Shown piece by piece: positions 31,278 to 41,050 of a stretch of 64,000 bases of DNA. The position numbers and the translations under genes were made by a program. Source of the stretch: an uncultured Lewinella sp. (GTDB lineage: Bacteria; Bacteroidota; Bacteroidia; Chitinophagales; Saprospiraceae); assembly GCA_937949535.1 (NCBI GenBank), contig CALEDI010000108.1, positions 4,149-68,148 of the forward strand. The letters are read 5' to 3'. Each line of letters starts with the position of its first letter. Position 1 is the first letter of the stretch. The notes beneath the pieces were generated by a model. It did no database searches. It had not been told where the DNA came from and was given only the letters and a program-made list of their open reading frames with translations.

Positions 31278-33881
31278 TCACTCCCACCCCACCCGCAAGC
31301 TCAAGTTTGGCGTAAGCCCCAGCCCGAAGCGGTCCAATTCTTCCAGTACAAACCGGTTGGGGCCAAGCAGCTCTGTTTCGCTGATCAGGTACCGCCGTTC
31401 CAGCACGTTCTCTCGGCCGTAGAGGTTCAGTACCGACAAGTCAACGCGCGCGTGCCAACGCTTGCTCTTCGGCGCAAAATCTCGGAATACCGAAACATCT
31501 AGGCGGTGGAAGGCGGGCAAACGGGCACCGTTTGTCGGGCCTGTTACTAGCTCAGCAACCATTCGGTTGCTGCCTGGCCAAACCCTAGTAACTACCGCCT
31601 CCGATTCGGTGTAGCGCGCACCAGAATGAAGCCGCCAGCCTACGGAAGCCGACCAGCCTTTGTTCGCATACGTATGGACCAGTTGTAGCTGATGTCTCCG
31701 GTCGTTGTCGGCGGGGAAGTAGTTTGGCCCTAGCTCCGGAAACCGCCACTCGGTTCGGCTTATTGTATACACCACCCAGCTTCGCCAGTTGGCCCAGCGC
31801 CGTTTCACCAGCAGGTCTAGCCCGGTGGCGCGGGAGTGGCCCCGCGCTACACCTTCTTCCACTAGCAAGGAATTCAGCGTTGTTATTCCGCTTATTGCTT
31901 TGTGGTAGGCTTCAACATCAAAGAACCAGTTTCCGGCCTCTTTGCTTAGCCCCAGACTTCCTTCTCTGCTGGCGGCTACGGGCAAACGCCCCTCGTTGGC
32001 CAAGGCCCACAAGGGCGTCAAGGAACTGATGCGTTGAGGGTCTAGGCTAATGATTTCTTGGGTAAACTGGTGGCCCTCCCCGTAGGCTGCTTTCAGCAGC
32101 CAATCTTTCCCGAGTTCATACCCCAAACTGAGGCGAGGTTCAGGGTACAGCTTTCCCGTAGGTCCGTAATACTGTAACCGAAGGCCCGCTTTCATCGTCA
32201 GTGGGCCCGCCTTATCCCAGCTATAGCTGCCGTAAGCCGCCAAAGCATTGGCCCTGCCTTCCTGAAACGAAAATGCTTCCAAACTATCGGCCAAGAGGTT
32301 CTCCGTTAGGTAATCTAGTTTGTGTCGGAAACCTTGTGCTTGCACACCAGCCTCTAGGTCTCCACCCGCAAAGCTTGCCGGAGTGTATTCCACCCGAACC
32401 GAGCGTTCTTTGATCCCACTGTTTCGTCTTGTAAAAATCGAAGCTTCGCCGTTTTGCAAACTACTCTCGCCTTCAACGCTAAAAGCCGATTGCGCCAACT
32501 GAACCCGAACCCCTCCCTTACCCAGCGGCTGGGCGTATTCCCCGCTTATGCCGTCGTTCTTCGTGATTAGTTCTCCGGCAAACGAACGATCTCCTCGTCT
32601 TTGCCCTACGCCAATATTAAAGTCATCGTACTGCAAAAAGCTGCTCACCGTGAGCGTACGCTCTGGGCTAAAGTTGTATCGCCACCGCCCGTTCAACTCT
32701 TTGAAGCCGAAGTCTTCCTCCAGCGGTAAGCCCCGCTCCTCGGCCTGAAGGATTCTGGCAAAGGCATCTGCCTGAAACACCTGTGTTCGGTATTCATCAT
32801 ATGCAGGGCCTTGGCTAAATACGTTCGGCAACGTACGGAACGCCAGTTGTACGTCAGATTTGCCCTTCACCACAGGTGCTTTCAGGAAAGCCTCTGCTGT
32901 TAGCAAACTCAGGCTTGCTCCGCCGCTCAACCGCTCCGCAACGGAGGGGGGGGTATTGAGTTCTACCACCCCGCCTACCCGACCACCAAAAGCCGCTCCG
33001 GCCCCTCCTCTCCAGATGTTGACGTCCTCAATCAAGTCTGGGCTAAAGGGAGAAACCATCGCAAAAAAATGCCCAGAAGAATAAACGGGGATGCCGTCCC
33101 AGAGCACCAAGTTCTGGTCGGGGCTTCCGCCCCGGATGCTCAACCGGCCCGCCGTTTCGCCGGCGTTCGTCACGCCGGGCAGTAAGGACAAGGTGCGGTA
33201 AACCTCCCCGCTGGCAAAGCCCGGCACCTGCGGCGCCCGCTTCGGGTTTATCCGAACAAAAGAACCGTCTGCGGGGATGCTGATACCGTCAGACAGGTAC
33301 TCCGAGACCAGTACGGAGTTCAGGTCAATAAACGTTGGTTGTAGCACGACTTGGCCCGCCCCGCCGGCGATAAGGTTGCGCAGTGGCACTTCCTTACGTT
33401 CATAACCGAGGTAACTGAAGTAGACCATATCCGTAGCTGCTGCGGTTATTACGCCGCCCCAAAAACCGTTCTCATCGGTCAGTTCCGCCGCAGATGGAAA
33501 CTGCGCGGGAGCAAAAGGCAGTGCGGCTCCTGCTTCGTCCAGCACCCGAAAGCGCAACATCCACTGCCGCTGGGTACCAAACGAAAGCGGTTTCAGGCTA
33601 ATATAACCGTCTCGTAGCGGGGTAGCTCGTAGTTGGTTGGCTCCGAACAAGCATTGTTCAATTTCGGCCCAGTTTGCGTCTTCAAACCGGCAGTTCACCG
33701 TGCTGGCCTCAATGACTGCGCTAGGGAAAGAAAAATTGAGGCCAAGCTTTTTTTCTAGGTGGGTAATTGCTTCTCGCAAAGGCCTATCGGTAAAGTCCGC
33801 ACTAAGTCGCACTTCGTCGAGGCCTTGGCCAACCAGCCCAGAAACCAATAAAAGTATCGTTAAAATTGCGGCAAAGCGCAT
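31278..33881 (-). CDS. TonB-dependent receptor/transducer with N-terminal signalling (STN-like) extension
   Basis: LPGV...LSIRGGSPDQNLVLWDGIPVY plug motif; beta-barrel ending LSLRVGWE; follows fecR. Confidence 0.9.
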   Translation of the reverse strand: MRFAAILTILLLVSGLVGQGLDEVRLSADFTDRPLREAITHLEKKLGLNFSFPSAVIEASTVNCRFEDANWAEIEQCLFGANQLRATPLRDGYISLKPLSFGTQRQWMLRFRVLDEAGAALPFAPAQFPSAAELTDENGFWGGVITAAATDMVYFSYLGYERKEVPLRNLIAGGAGQVVLQPTFIDLNSVLVSEYLSDGISIPADGSFVRINPKRAPQVPGFASGEVYRTLSLLPGVTNAGETAGRLSIRGGSPDQNLVLWDGIPVYSSGHFFAMVSPFSPDLIEDVNIWRGGAGAAFGGRVGGVVELNTPPSVAERLSGGASLSLLTAEAFLKAPVVKGKSDVQLAFRTLPNVFSQGPAYDEYRTQVFQADAFARILQAEERGLPLEEDFGFKELNGRWRYNFSPERTLTVSSFLQYDDFNIGVGQRRGDRSFAGELITKNDGISGEYAQPLGKGGVRVQLAQSAFSVEGESSLQNGEASIFTRRNSGIKERSVRVEYTPASFAGGDLEAGVQAQGFRHKLDYLTENLLADSLEAFSFQEGRANALAAYGSYSWDKAGPLTMKAGLRLQYYGPTGKLYPEPRLSLGYELGKDWLLKAAYGEGHQFTQEIISLDPQRISSLTPLWALANEGRLPVAASREGSLGLSKEAGNWFFDVEAYHKAISGITTLNSLLVEEGVARGHSRATGLDLLVKRRWANWRSWVVYTISRTEWRFPELGPNYFPADNDRRHQLQLVHTYANKGWSASVGWRLHSGARYTESEAVVTRVWPGSNRMVAELVTGPTNGARLPAFHRLDVSVFRDFAPKSKRWHARVDLSVLNLYGRENVLERRYLISETELLGPNRFVLEELDRFGLGLTPNLSLRVGWE

Positions 33882-33887
33882 ACAGGC

Positions 33888-34850
33888 TTATTCAGAAGGG
33901 GTAAAGGTAACGGTGTCGTTCTTCAATTCAAACCCGAAGCCTTCAATGGGGCCTAGTGCGATGTTTAAAGCAAGCCCGAGGTCATCGTTTCGGAAAGCGG
34001 CGTCGTAGGCCTTTTCTTGGTCCAGCCCGTCCGGGCGAACAATCGTCACGTCAAACTGCCGCTCCAGTTCATCCAAAATTTCGGATAGTGGCCTATTAAC
34101 GAAGACCGACTTCCCGGAGAGCCAATCAAGTTGTTCGGCTCTTATGGTATCAACAGCCACAACCGCTCTCGTTCCGTTTTGGCGCACTGATTGGCCGGGG
34201 TTGATCGTGTAGTTTTTGGCTTCTCCGACGAAACGAACGCGCACTTTCCCCGTCGTACAGCTTACGACCATTTCATTCTTTCGGCTGTACACATTGAAGG
34301 AGGTCCCCAGTACCCAAACAGTGCCCAAGTTGGTTTTCACTACAAATGGAACGTCTGATTTTTCTACCTCAAAATATGCTTCGCCGTTTAGGGTGGCTGT
34401 TCGTTCTTCGCCGGTAAGCTCAAAGGCGAGCTTGCTGCCTGCATTGAGGCGGGCCGTGGAGCCGTCGGCCAGTTCTGCTGCGGCCGTTCGGTCGCCGTTC
34501 AGTGCTTCCAGCTGGTAGTTGTCGGTACGCAGCACAAACCAAGCAACCAGTAACAAAGCAACGGCAGCAGCCGCAGACCAGGGGAGCATACGTTTGATTA
34601 GGCGCGGACGCGGGTGCAGTGTAGGTTGTTGAACATCGGTAGCCCTCCGGTTGGCGCGTACCGACTTCAGTTTCACGAACTCGGCCTCTTCATCAAACGC
34701 CGGCGGGGCCATCTTATCCAGCCTTGCAATCATCCGTTCATAATCTGCGAAGTCGGGTCGGTTTTGGAGTTCTTGCGCTTCCTCCCCAGACAACTCCCCG
34801 CTGAGCCAGCGGGCGAGGAAGGTATCATCCTTGAAAGGTGGCGTAGCCAT
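33888..34850 (-). CDS. FecR-family anti-sigma factor
   Basis: LARWLSGELS, single TM, LADGSTARLNAGS, LNGEAYFEV, VLGTSFNV. Confidence 0.93.
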   Translation of the reverse strand: MATPPFKDDTFLARWLSGELSGEEAQELQNRPDFADYERMIARLDKMAPPAFDEEAEFVKLKSVRANRRATDVQQPTLHPRPRLIKRMLPWSAAAAVALLLVAWFVLRTDNYQLEALNGDRTAAAELADGSTARLNAGSKLAFELTGEERTATLNGEAYFEVEKSDVPFVVKTNLGTVWVLGTSFNVYSRKNEMVVSCTTGKVRVRFVGEAKNYTINPGQSVRQNGTRAVVAVDTIRAEQLDWLSGKSVFVNRPLSEILDELERQFDVTIVRPDGLDQEKAYDAAFRNDDLGLALNIALGPIEGFGFELKNDTVTFTPSE

Positions 34851-34883
34851 GGTTTTCGGTATTATTGTACTATTTAGTGTTAT

Positions 34884-34910
34884 AATCCCTTGAGGTAGAT
34901 TTACCCTACC
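34884..34910 (-). promoter_or_regulatory. Candidate ECF promoter GGTAGGGTAAA-N9-AGGGATT upstream of fecR
   Basis: Identical bipartite motif at 35523-35549 on the + strand. Confidence 0.65.
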
Positions 34911-34958
34911 TCTCTTGAAAAACTTTCTTCACCCGATTCGCTAATCGGGCTGTCAATT

Positions 34959-35480
34959 TCAAATCCCTGCATGCAATTCCCTTAGGCTCACCAGTGCGCG
35001 GTGCATCCGTTTCTCCACCGCCTTCTGGCTAATGCCGAGCAACTCGGCAATCTCACGGTACTTCAACCCATCCATCCGGTTCAGGAGGAAAACCTCCCTC
35101 GCGCCATCGGGTAATGCTTCCAGAGCTGCCTCCAACTGCGCCTGAAACTCTCGCCCTTCTAGTTCCTCCTGCGGAGACGCATAAGTAAGTGCGGGGCCGC
35201 GTTGCCGCCATTGGTATTTCAAAACCACTTTCTCTCGCTGCTTTTGCTTCAGGAAAATATTATCGGCCACCCGAAAGAGCCAAGCGCTTGCTTGCTCAGG
35301 TAAAACCTTAGCACAGTTCTCCCACAAGCGGAGAAAAGCTTCTTGCACAACATCCCCAGCGTTTTCAACGCTGCCCGAACGGTAGTACACAAAGCTGCGT
35401 AATTTAGGTGCAAGCGACTGGTAAACAGCTGCATAAACAGCCTCTTTGCAAACACCATCAGGCTTATTTACTTCTGTCAT
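34959..35480 (-). CDS. ECF sigma-70 factor
   Basis: DVVQEAFLRLW, WLFRVADN, REVFLLNRMDGLKYREIAELLGISQKAVEKR. Confidence 0.95.
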   Translation of the reverse strand: MTEVNKPDGVCKEAVYAAVYQSLAPKLRSFVYYRSGSVENAGDVVQEAFLRLWENCAKVLPEQASAWLFRVADNIFLKQKQREKVVLKYQWRQRGPALTYASPQEELEGREFQAQLEAALEALPDGAREVFLLNRMDGLKYREIAELLGISQKAVEKRMHRALVSLRELHAGI

Positions 35481-35522
35481 GCACCGCAGGGTTGAGAAAA
35501 AACATTTTTTATTAGTGCCCAA

Positions 35523-35549
35523 GGTAGGGTAAAATCAGGTTTAGGGATT
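35523..35549 (+). promoter_or_regulatory. Candidate ECF promoter GGTAGGGTAAA-N9-AGGGATT upstream of the T9SS FG-GAP genes
   Basis: Identical bipartite motif upstream of fecR. Confidence 0.65.
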
Positions 35550-35606
35550 TGGGGTAATGTGCATCCCTGCACTACGTTCCCAACGCTCAGTACAAATACA
35601 ACCAAC

Positions 35607-37412
35607 ATGAAAACTACTACGCTTACCATAATTATGGCCATCATCACCCTGATGTTGCCCAATACAACAGACGCACAAACACGTACCCAATTCGGACCAG
35701 ACGGTTTTGTGAGAATCGAAGAAGGCTCTGGTGGGTTCTTCGCCGACCTCGACGCCGGAGACCGCTTCAGCCGAGACCACGACGTAGCCGGAGACATCAA
35801 CGGCGACGGGATACCAGACCTCGTAATAGGCGCTAGGTCTGATGACGACGGGCAAACAGATGCCGGAGCCGTCTACATTGTTTTCATGAACAACGACGGA
35901 ACCGTTCAATCAAACCAAAAAATCTCCGCGCTAGAAGGCGGCTTCAACGAAACACTCCTACAAGGAAACTTCTTCGGCTACGGCGTTGCCGGAATCGGAG
36001 ACTACGACAACGATGGCATCCCAGACATCGCAGTTTCCTCAGGTGCTGCCAGCAGAGCCCTCTACATCATCCATCTAAACAGCAACGGAACCGTAAAAGA
36101 CTACGTCAAAAACACAGGCATAGTTGCGCAGGGATTATCCGCAGTAGGTGATTTAAACGGTGACGGCAAAATAGACTTAGTCGCCTGTGATCCCGGTTCG
36201 GATGCCGGAGGAAGAAATCGAGGCGAAATAAACATCCTGTTCTTAGACGAGGCCTCCCAAGTAATAACCGATAACACCGTAACCATCAACTCCACCTCCG
36301 AGGGCTTTGGAGTTGGCTTAGAAAACGATGACCAGTTTGGCGGAAGAGAAGTTGCTGTACTCGGAGATATTGACAACGACGGCACCATCGAAATGGCCGT
36401 AGCCGCCTTTATGTCTGACGGAGGAAAGGGAGCCGTATGGATACTTTCGCTTGACCCCAACAACTACACCATAGTGTCGAAAGTTAAAATCACCGAAGGC
36501 CTAGGCGGCTTCGCGGATACTCTGGATACAGGCGAAAACCCCAATGGCTCCTTTGGCGGCCAGTTTGGGCACGCCATGTGCGCCCCCGGAGATCTCAACG
36601 GAGATGGCGTACCCGACCTCATAACCGGCGCAAACCAACAAGGCACCGGAGACCTCTACATCCTTTACCTCAATACCGACAAAACAGTAAAAACATATAC
36701 CAAAGTAGATGAGTTTGAAGGAGGCTTCGATTTAGTGTTTGACGTTGAAGAACGTTTCTCTAGGTCACTCTCCTTCATCGGAGATTTACGCGGAGACGGC
36801 TCAATCGCCGTAAACGTAGGCGGAGGCGTAGGCCAAGGCGGAACCGGAACCCTATACCTCTTATTTTTCCAGCCTTGCGACTTCAAACAAGAGCCAGGCC
36901 TCAACCACTGGAACGGAGGAGGAACCCTCTTCACCAACTGGAGCCACGCCATGCAGTCTCTAACCAGCGACTCCTTGACCTTCGAGCAATGCACCTCTAA
37001 AGCCTTCGAGACCGAAGCCCCTTACATGACCTACAACTTCAACGACGGGCGGTGCATCTGTAAAGACTCCACCGCAACCCTAACAGTGAGTACGGAGCTA
37101 AGCACCGCCTTCGTAAACGAATGCGCTGGCGGCGAACTCTCTACCAGCACCAACGACTTGAGCCCCGACGAAGCCGGCATCAAAGTCTTCCCCAACCCCA
37201 CCCAAGCCAAGGTTAACCTCATCGTCAGCAATACCCGGTTTGCCGAGACTGGCGAGGTGAGCGTCTACAACCTGATGGGAGAACTACTACAGACCTCAAC
37301 CATCAGTGGGCAGCAAACCAGTATCGACCTCTCCGCTTACCCTGCGGGGATATACTTGGTCCGTACCAATATCAGTGGTGTTCGCAGTACTTCTAAAGTG
37401 ATAAAAAAATAA
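35607..37412 (+). CDS. Secreted integrin-alpha-like FG-GAP propeller + PAN/apple-like Cys domain + T9SS CTD (copy 1)
   Basis: GDINGDGIPDLVIGA, FGYGVAGIGDYDNDG, TFEQC...YNFNDGRCICK, VFPNP...YPAGIYLV...KVIKK. Confidence 0.88.
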   Translation: MKTTTLTIIMAIITLMLPNTTDAQTRTQFGPDGFVRIEEGSGGFFADLDAGDRFSRDHDVAGDINGDGIPDLVIGARSDDDGQTDAGAVYIVFMNNDGTVQSNQKISALEGGFNETLLQGNFFGYGVAGIGDYDNDGIPDIAVSSGAASRALYIIHLNSNGTVKDYVKNTGIVAQGLSAVGDLNGDGKIDLVACDPGSDAGGRNRGEINILFLDEASQVITDNTVTINSTSEGFGVGLENDDQFGGREVAVLGDIDNDGTIEMAVAAFMSDGGKGAVWILSLDPNNYTIVSKVKITEGLGGFADTLDTGENPNGSFGGQFGHAMCAPGDLNGDGVPDLITGANQQGTGDLYILYLNTDKTVKTYTKVDEFEGGFDLVFDVEERFSRSLSFIGDLRGDGSIAVNVGGGVGQGGTGTLYLLFFQPCDFKQEPGLNHWNGGGTLFTNWSHAMQSLTSDSLTFEQCTSKAFETEAPYMTYNFNDGRCICKDSTATLTVSTELSTAFVNECAGGELSTSTNDLSPDEAGIKVFPNPTQAKVNLIVSNTRFAETGEVSVYNLMGELLQTSTISGQQTSIDLSAYPAGIYLVRTNISGVRSTSKVIKK

Positions 37413-37417
37413 AAATT

Positions 37418-39211
37418 ATGAAGTTTAATCTATTCAAATTACTGGTGCTAATCGTACTTTTCTCATCCAATTTCTCTAATGCCCAAACAAGAACACAATG
37501 GAGCTCCGATGGGTTCGTTAAGATCGAAAATGGATCATCTGGTTTAAATTCAAATATTGAAAGCGGAGATATCTTTGGTCAAGATCATGACCAAATAGGA
37601 GACGTCAATGGAGACGGCGTTATTGACATCGTAGTCGGATCACGTACTGCTGATGATGGGGGAACCAATAATGGAGCCGTACACATCCTTTTTATGAACA
37701 ACGATGGCACCGTTCAGTCTAATCAAAAAATATCGATGCTAGAAGGCGGATTTACAGGTACGCTAACTACAGGTAACAATTTCGGGTATGGCGTAGCTGG
37801 TATCGGGGATTATGACAATGATGGAATCCCAGACATTGCAGTCGCGGCCCCTCTAGTCACTCCCACACTCTACATTATTCATTTAAATGCTGACGGAACG
37901 GTAAAAAGCCATGTAAGAAATGACAATGTCAATTGTATAGGTATAACTGCAGTTGGTGATTTAAATAATGATGGAAGAATTGATGTGGTAGCATGCGATC
38001 CAAGCTCAGACTTAGACGGTAATAATATCGGAGCGATCAGAATACTGTTTTTTGACGCTACTTCAAATATCATTCAAGCAGAAACCAAACTTATCAATCC
38101 ATCAAATGGGGGCTTTGGCACAGGCTTAGCTCCAGGAGACCAATTTGGCGGTAGAGAAGTAGCCATGCTTGGCGACATGGACAATGACGGCACAATAGAA
38201 ATGGCTGTCGGGGCTTTCAGGTCAGACGGCGGTAAGGGAGCAATCTGGATACTTTCATTAGACAGCACCACGCTTGATGTAGTTTCCAAACTTAAAATCA
38301 CGGAAGGACTTAATGGCTTTTCAGAAACACTATCAGCTGCGACTAACCCGAATGGATCTGATGGCGCTCAATTTGGGCATGCACTAAGCAACGTAGGAGA
38401 CCTGAACGGAGATGGAATTCCCGACCTAATGACTGGAGCAAATCAACAAAGCAATGGTTATATTTTATACCTGAATGCAGACAAGTCCGTAAAAACATTC
38501 GTAAGAATAAACAATGACGAAAGCGGCTTTGGGTTATCATTAGATGCTAATGAAAGGTTTTCTCGTTCAATTTCTTTTGTCGGTGATCTACGGGGTGATG
38601 GAACTATTGCTGTAAACTATGGAGGCGGTGCTGGTGGCTCCGCAGGAGGTACAGTATATCTTTTGTTTTTCAAGCCTTGTACTTTAAGCCAAGAACCTGG
38701 TTTTAATCATTGGGACGGCGGAAATACATTGTACAGCAATTGGACGCATTCCACACAAACTGTCAGCGATTCCTTGACCTTCGAGCAATGTACGTTCAAA
38801 GCTTTTGAAACGAACGCACCCAACATGACCTACAACTTCAACGACGGGCGGTGCATCTGTAAAGACTCCACCGCAACACTAACGGTAAGTACGGAGCTAA
38901 GCACCGCCTTCGTAAACGAATGCGCTGGCGGCGAACTATCTACCAGCACTAATGACTTGAGCCCCGACGAAGCCGGCATCAAGGTTTTCCCCAACCCTAC
39001 CCGCGCCCGCGTCAACGTCAGCGTCAGCAATACCCTGTTTGCCGATACTGGCGATGTGAGCGTCTACAACCTGATGGGAGAACTACTACAGACCTCAACC
39101 ATCAGTGGGCCGCAAACCAGCATCGACCTCTCCGCTTACCCTACGGGGATATACTTGGTCCGTACCAACATCAGTGGTGTTCGCAGTACCTCTAAGGTGA
39201 TAAAAGAGTAA
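37418..39211 (+). CDS. Secreted FG-GAP + PAN-like + T9SS CTD protein (copy 2, tandem paralog)
   Basis: Collinear with copy 1 along its full length. Confidence 0.88.
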   Translation: MKFNLFKLLVLIVLFSSNFSNAQTRTQWSSDGFVKIENGSSGLNSNIESGDIFGQDHDQIGDVNGDGVIDIVVGSRTADDGGTNNGAVHILFMNNDGTVQSNQKISMLEGGFTGTLTTGNNFGYGVAGIGDYDNDGIPDIAVAAPLVTPTLYIIHLNADGTVKSHVRNDNVNCIGITAVGDLNNDGRIDVVACDPSSDLDGNNIGAIRILFFDATSNIIQAETKLINPSNGGFGTGLAPGDQFGGREVAMLGDMDNDGTIEMAVGAFRSDGGKGAIWILSLDSTTLDVVSKLKITEGLNGFSETLSAATNPNGSDGAQFGHALSNVGDLNGDGIPDLMTGANQQSNGYILYLNADKSVKTFVRINNDESGFGLSLDANERFSRSISFVGDLRGDGTIAVNYGGGAGGSAGGTVYLLFFKPCTLSQEPGFNHWDGGNTLYSNWTHSTQTVSDSLTFEQCTFKAFETNAPNMTYNFNDGRCICKDSTATLTVSTELSTAFVNECAGGELSTSTNDLSPDEAGIKVFPNPTRARVNVSVSNTLFADTGDVSVYNLMGELLQTSTISGPQTSIDLSAYPTGIYLVRTNISGVRSTSKVIKE

Positions 39212-39228
39212 ACAGCCCAGTAAGGAAA

Positions 39229-39260
39229 ACGGCCGGCTCCCGAAGGAACCGACCGTAAAA
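39229..39260. terminator. Hairpin between convergent genes
   Basis: ACGGCCGGCTCC-CGAA-GGAACCGACCGT flanked by A-runs; pairs best on the minus strand. Confidence 0.6.
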
Positions 39261-39313
39261 TAGGCTAAAGGCATTAGTCATTACTCAGATCCAGGGCGTT
39301 AGGATCTCCCGCA

Positions 39314-40501
39314 TTACTGCTTCTCTAGCTTACCCATCACGTCCATCAGCATCTTCACGCCGATCGCGTCCATAGGGTTCGCGCCTTTGGCGCCGTTTCC
39401 GCCGCCACCGATCACGATCTGGGGCACCTTAACCTTGGCTAGCTCAGCGGCTACACCAATGCGGGTTTCCTTCTCGATCTGGGCGCGCTCCAAGGGGGAA
39501 AGACCTGCGCTTACCTTTAGGCGAGCAACCTCAGCTGCGGCTTTACCTTCGGCGAGGGCTTTGTCGGCCTGGAACTTTGCCTGTAGCGCCTGCTCCTTAG
39601 AAACGGCGGTCTGCGCCTGGGCGCGGATCTCGGCCTCAATCTTGGCCGCTTCCTCCGTCGCCCGAACTTCGGCGACCTTCTGGCGACCGCGCATCTCGGC
39701 GGTGAGGGCTTCCTGCTGGGCGGTTACGAGTTCCTGCTTAGCAATCGCTTCGCGGGTACTCTGCTCTACCTTGGCCTTCAGCTTCTCATTTACAACCGAC
39801 TCATACTCCACCAGCGTGATGGCTACAAAGTTGGGTGCGATTTCGTACTGCTGAACGTCGCTCTTGGCTAGGGCAAAAGTTCCGTCGGCGTTCTTGCGGG
39901 GCGTATTCTCGTAGCTACGGATCTTCTCGCCGCTCAACGAGTCAACGCGCATCTCCTCGTGCTGCTCAATGATGTACTGCCCGTTGCGGAGCTGGTACTT
40001 GAAGGCTTCGGCAAGCTCAGACTTACCGCCGCTGTAGTGCTTCTCGGAGTCCATCAACTGAAACGAGTAGTTCGCACACTCCTTGGAGTAGTCGGCCAAG
40101 CTGGCGGCTAGGCGGCTCTGCTCGCGGTAGTCCTTATGGATGGCGAGCATGCGCTCTTCGTTGTTGGGCAGTTTCCACTTTACGGAGTAGCCTACTTGGT
40201 TGGCGTAGGTACCGTCGGCAAACTGGCAACGGATCGGCTCGGAGAAGTAGCTGATGTCTTCCTTCCGCTTCTCGGGGCGCTCCACCTGCACCGTCACAAC
40301 GTCGGCATACTTGGTGGTTTTGCTGAAGAAGCCAGCCCAGTACATACCTGGTTGGAATTGTACGGTCTCTTGGCCCGTAATACCCTGAACTACCGTGCGG
40401 TAGCCTTGGTCATTGACGGCGAAAGGATTGAACATGGCCGCAAGTAACAGTAATACTACCGTAGTAGCGGCTAAAAGGATTTGCTTAGTGGTGAATTTCA
40501 T
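39314..40501 (-). CDS. SPFH/band-7 (prohibitin-like) membrane protein with coiled coil
   Basis: N-terminal TM, band-7-like region, Ala/Glu-rich coiled coil, VKVPQIVIGG tail. Confidence 0.75.
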   Translation of the reverse strand: MKFTTKQILLAATTVVLLLLAAMFNPFAVNDQGYRTVVQGITGQETVQFQPGMYWAGFFSKTTKYADVVTVQVERPEKRKEDISYFSEPIRCQFADGTYANQVGYSVKWKLPNNEERMLAIHKDYREQSRLAASLADYSKECANYSFQLMDSEKHYSGGKSELAEAFKYQLRNGQYIIEQHEEMRVDSLSGEKIRSYENTPRKNADGTFALAKSDVQQYEIAPNFVAITLVEYESVVNEKLKAKVEQSTREAIAKQELVTAQQEALTAEMRGRQKVAEVRATEEAAKIEAEIRAQAQTAVSKEQALQAKFQADKALAEGKAAAEVARLKVSAGLSPLERAQIEKETRIGVAAELAKVKVPQIVIGGGGNGAKGANPMDAIGVKMLMDVMGKLEKQ

Positions 40502-40611
40502 GTCTGTGTGATTTATAAGGGTGATTTGTTACCACAATGATAGGGCCGTGATAGTATTACTATCAACATTGCTCGACGAAACGGGATGGAAAGACGATGA
40601 AAGGGGTTTTA

Positions 40612-41027
40612 GGCGCGGACGCGGGTGCAAGGGGGAGGTCTTGGCTATGGTCGAGGCCTTCTAGGCCGAGTTACAAGACCTCGGAGGTGGCCCCTCTCCA
40701 AACTCGACAGGCGAACTTTTTTGTTGTAGAATTAGCGTCGATCTTATCAAGAGACAAATACTTGTTCTAATAATCAAGTTCTTCTTTTAAAGCAGTGACA
40801 AAAAAGGATTCGACTGGCGAGTTTCGTGGTAACTCGCCAGTCGAATCCTTTTTCGCCAATAGAATGGAGGATCAATTTCATCAGTCGTAAAGATCATGAA
40901 ACTCACCAGCAAACATTTTCTTTACGTTGCGAAAAAGTTCGCCTGTCGAGTTTGGCAGCACACTCAGCCGAGAAAGCCTCGACCGAGACAACGATTTTAC
41001 CCGTACCTTGCACCCCGCGTCCGCGCC
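40612..41027. repeat. 415-bp nested inverted-repeat element (A-B-C-D|D'-C'-B'-A'), MITE/REPIN-like
   Basis: A 40612-40632/41006-41027; B 40649-40670/40963-40984 (19/22); C 40698-40721/40932-40955 (24/24); D 40801-40823/40831-40853 (23/23). Confidence 0.9.
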
Positions 41028-41050
41028 CAAATAGACCAACAGCAGCAACC

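Noticed and set aside
40698-40955. CRISPR mini-array or integron attC interpretation
   Set aside because: The repeats are inverted, not direct; I did not recognise attC core sites, and no integron integrase or cas gene is present.
40826-41050. 75-aa N-terminal extension of the 41051 gene
   Set aside because: It runs through the palindromic element; the conserved region starts at ATG 41051.
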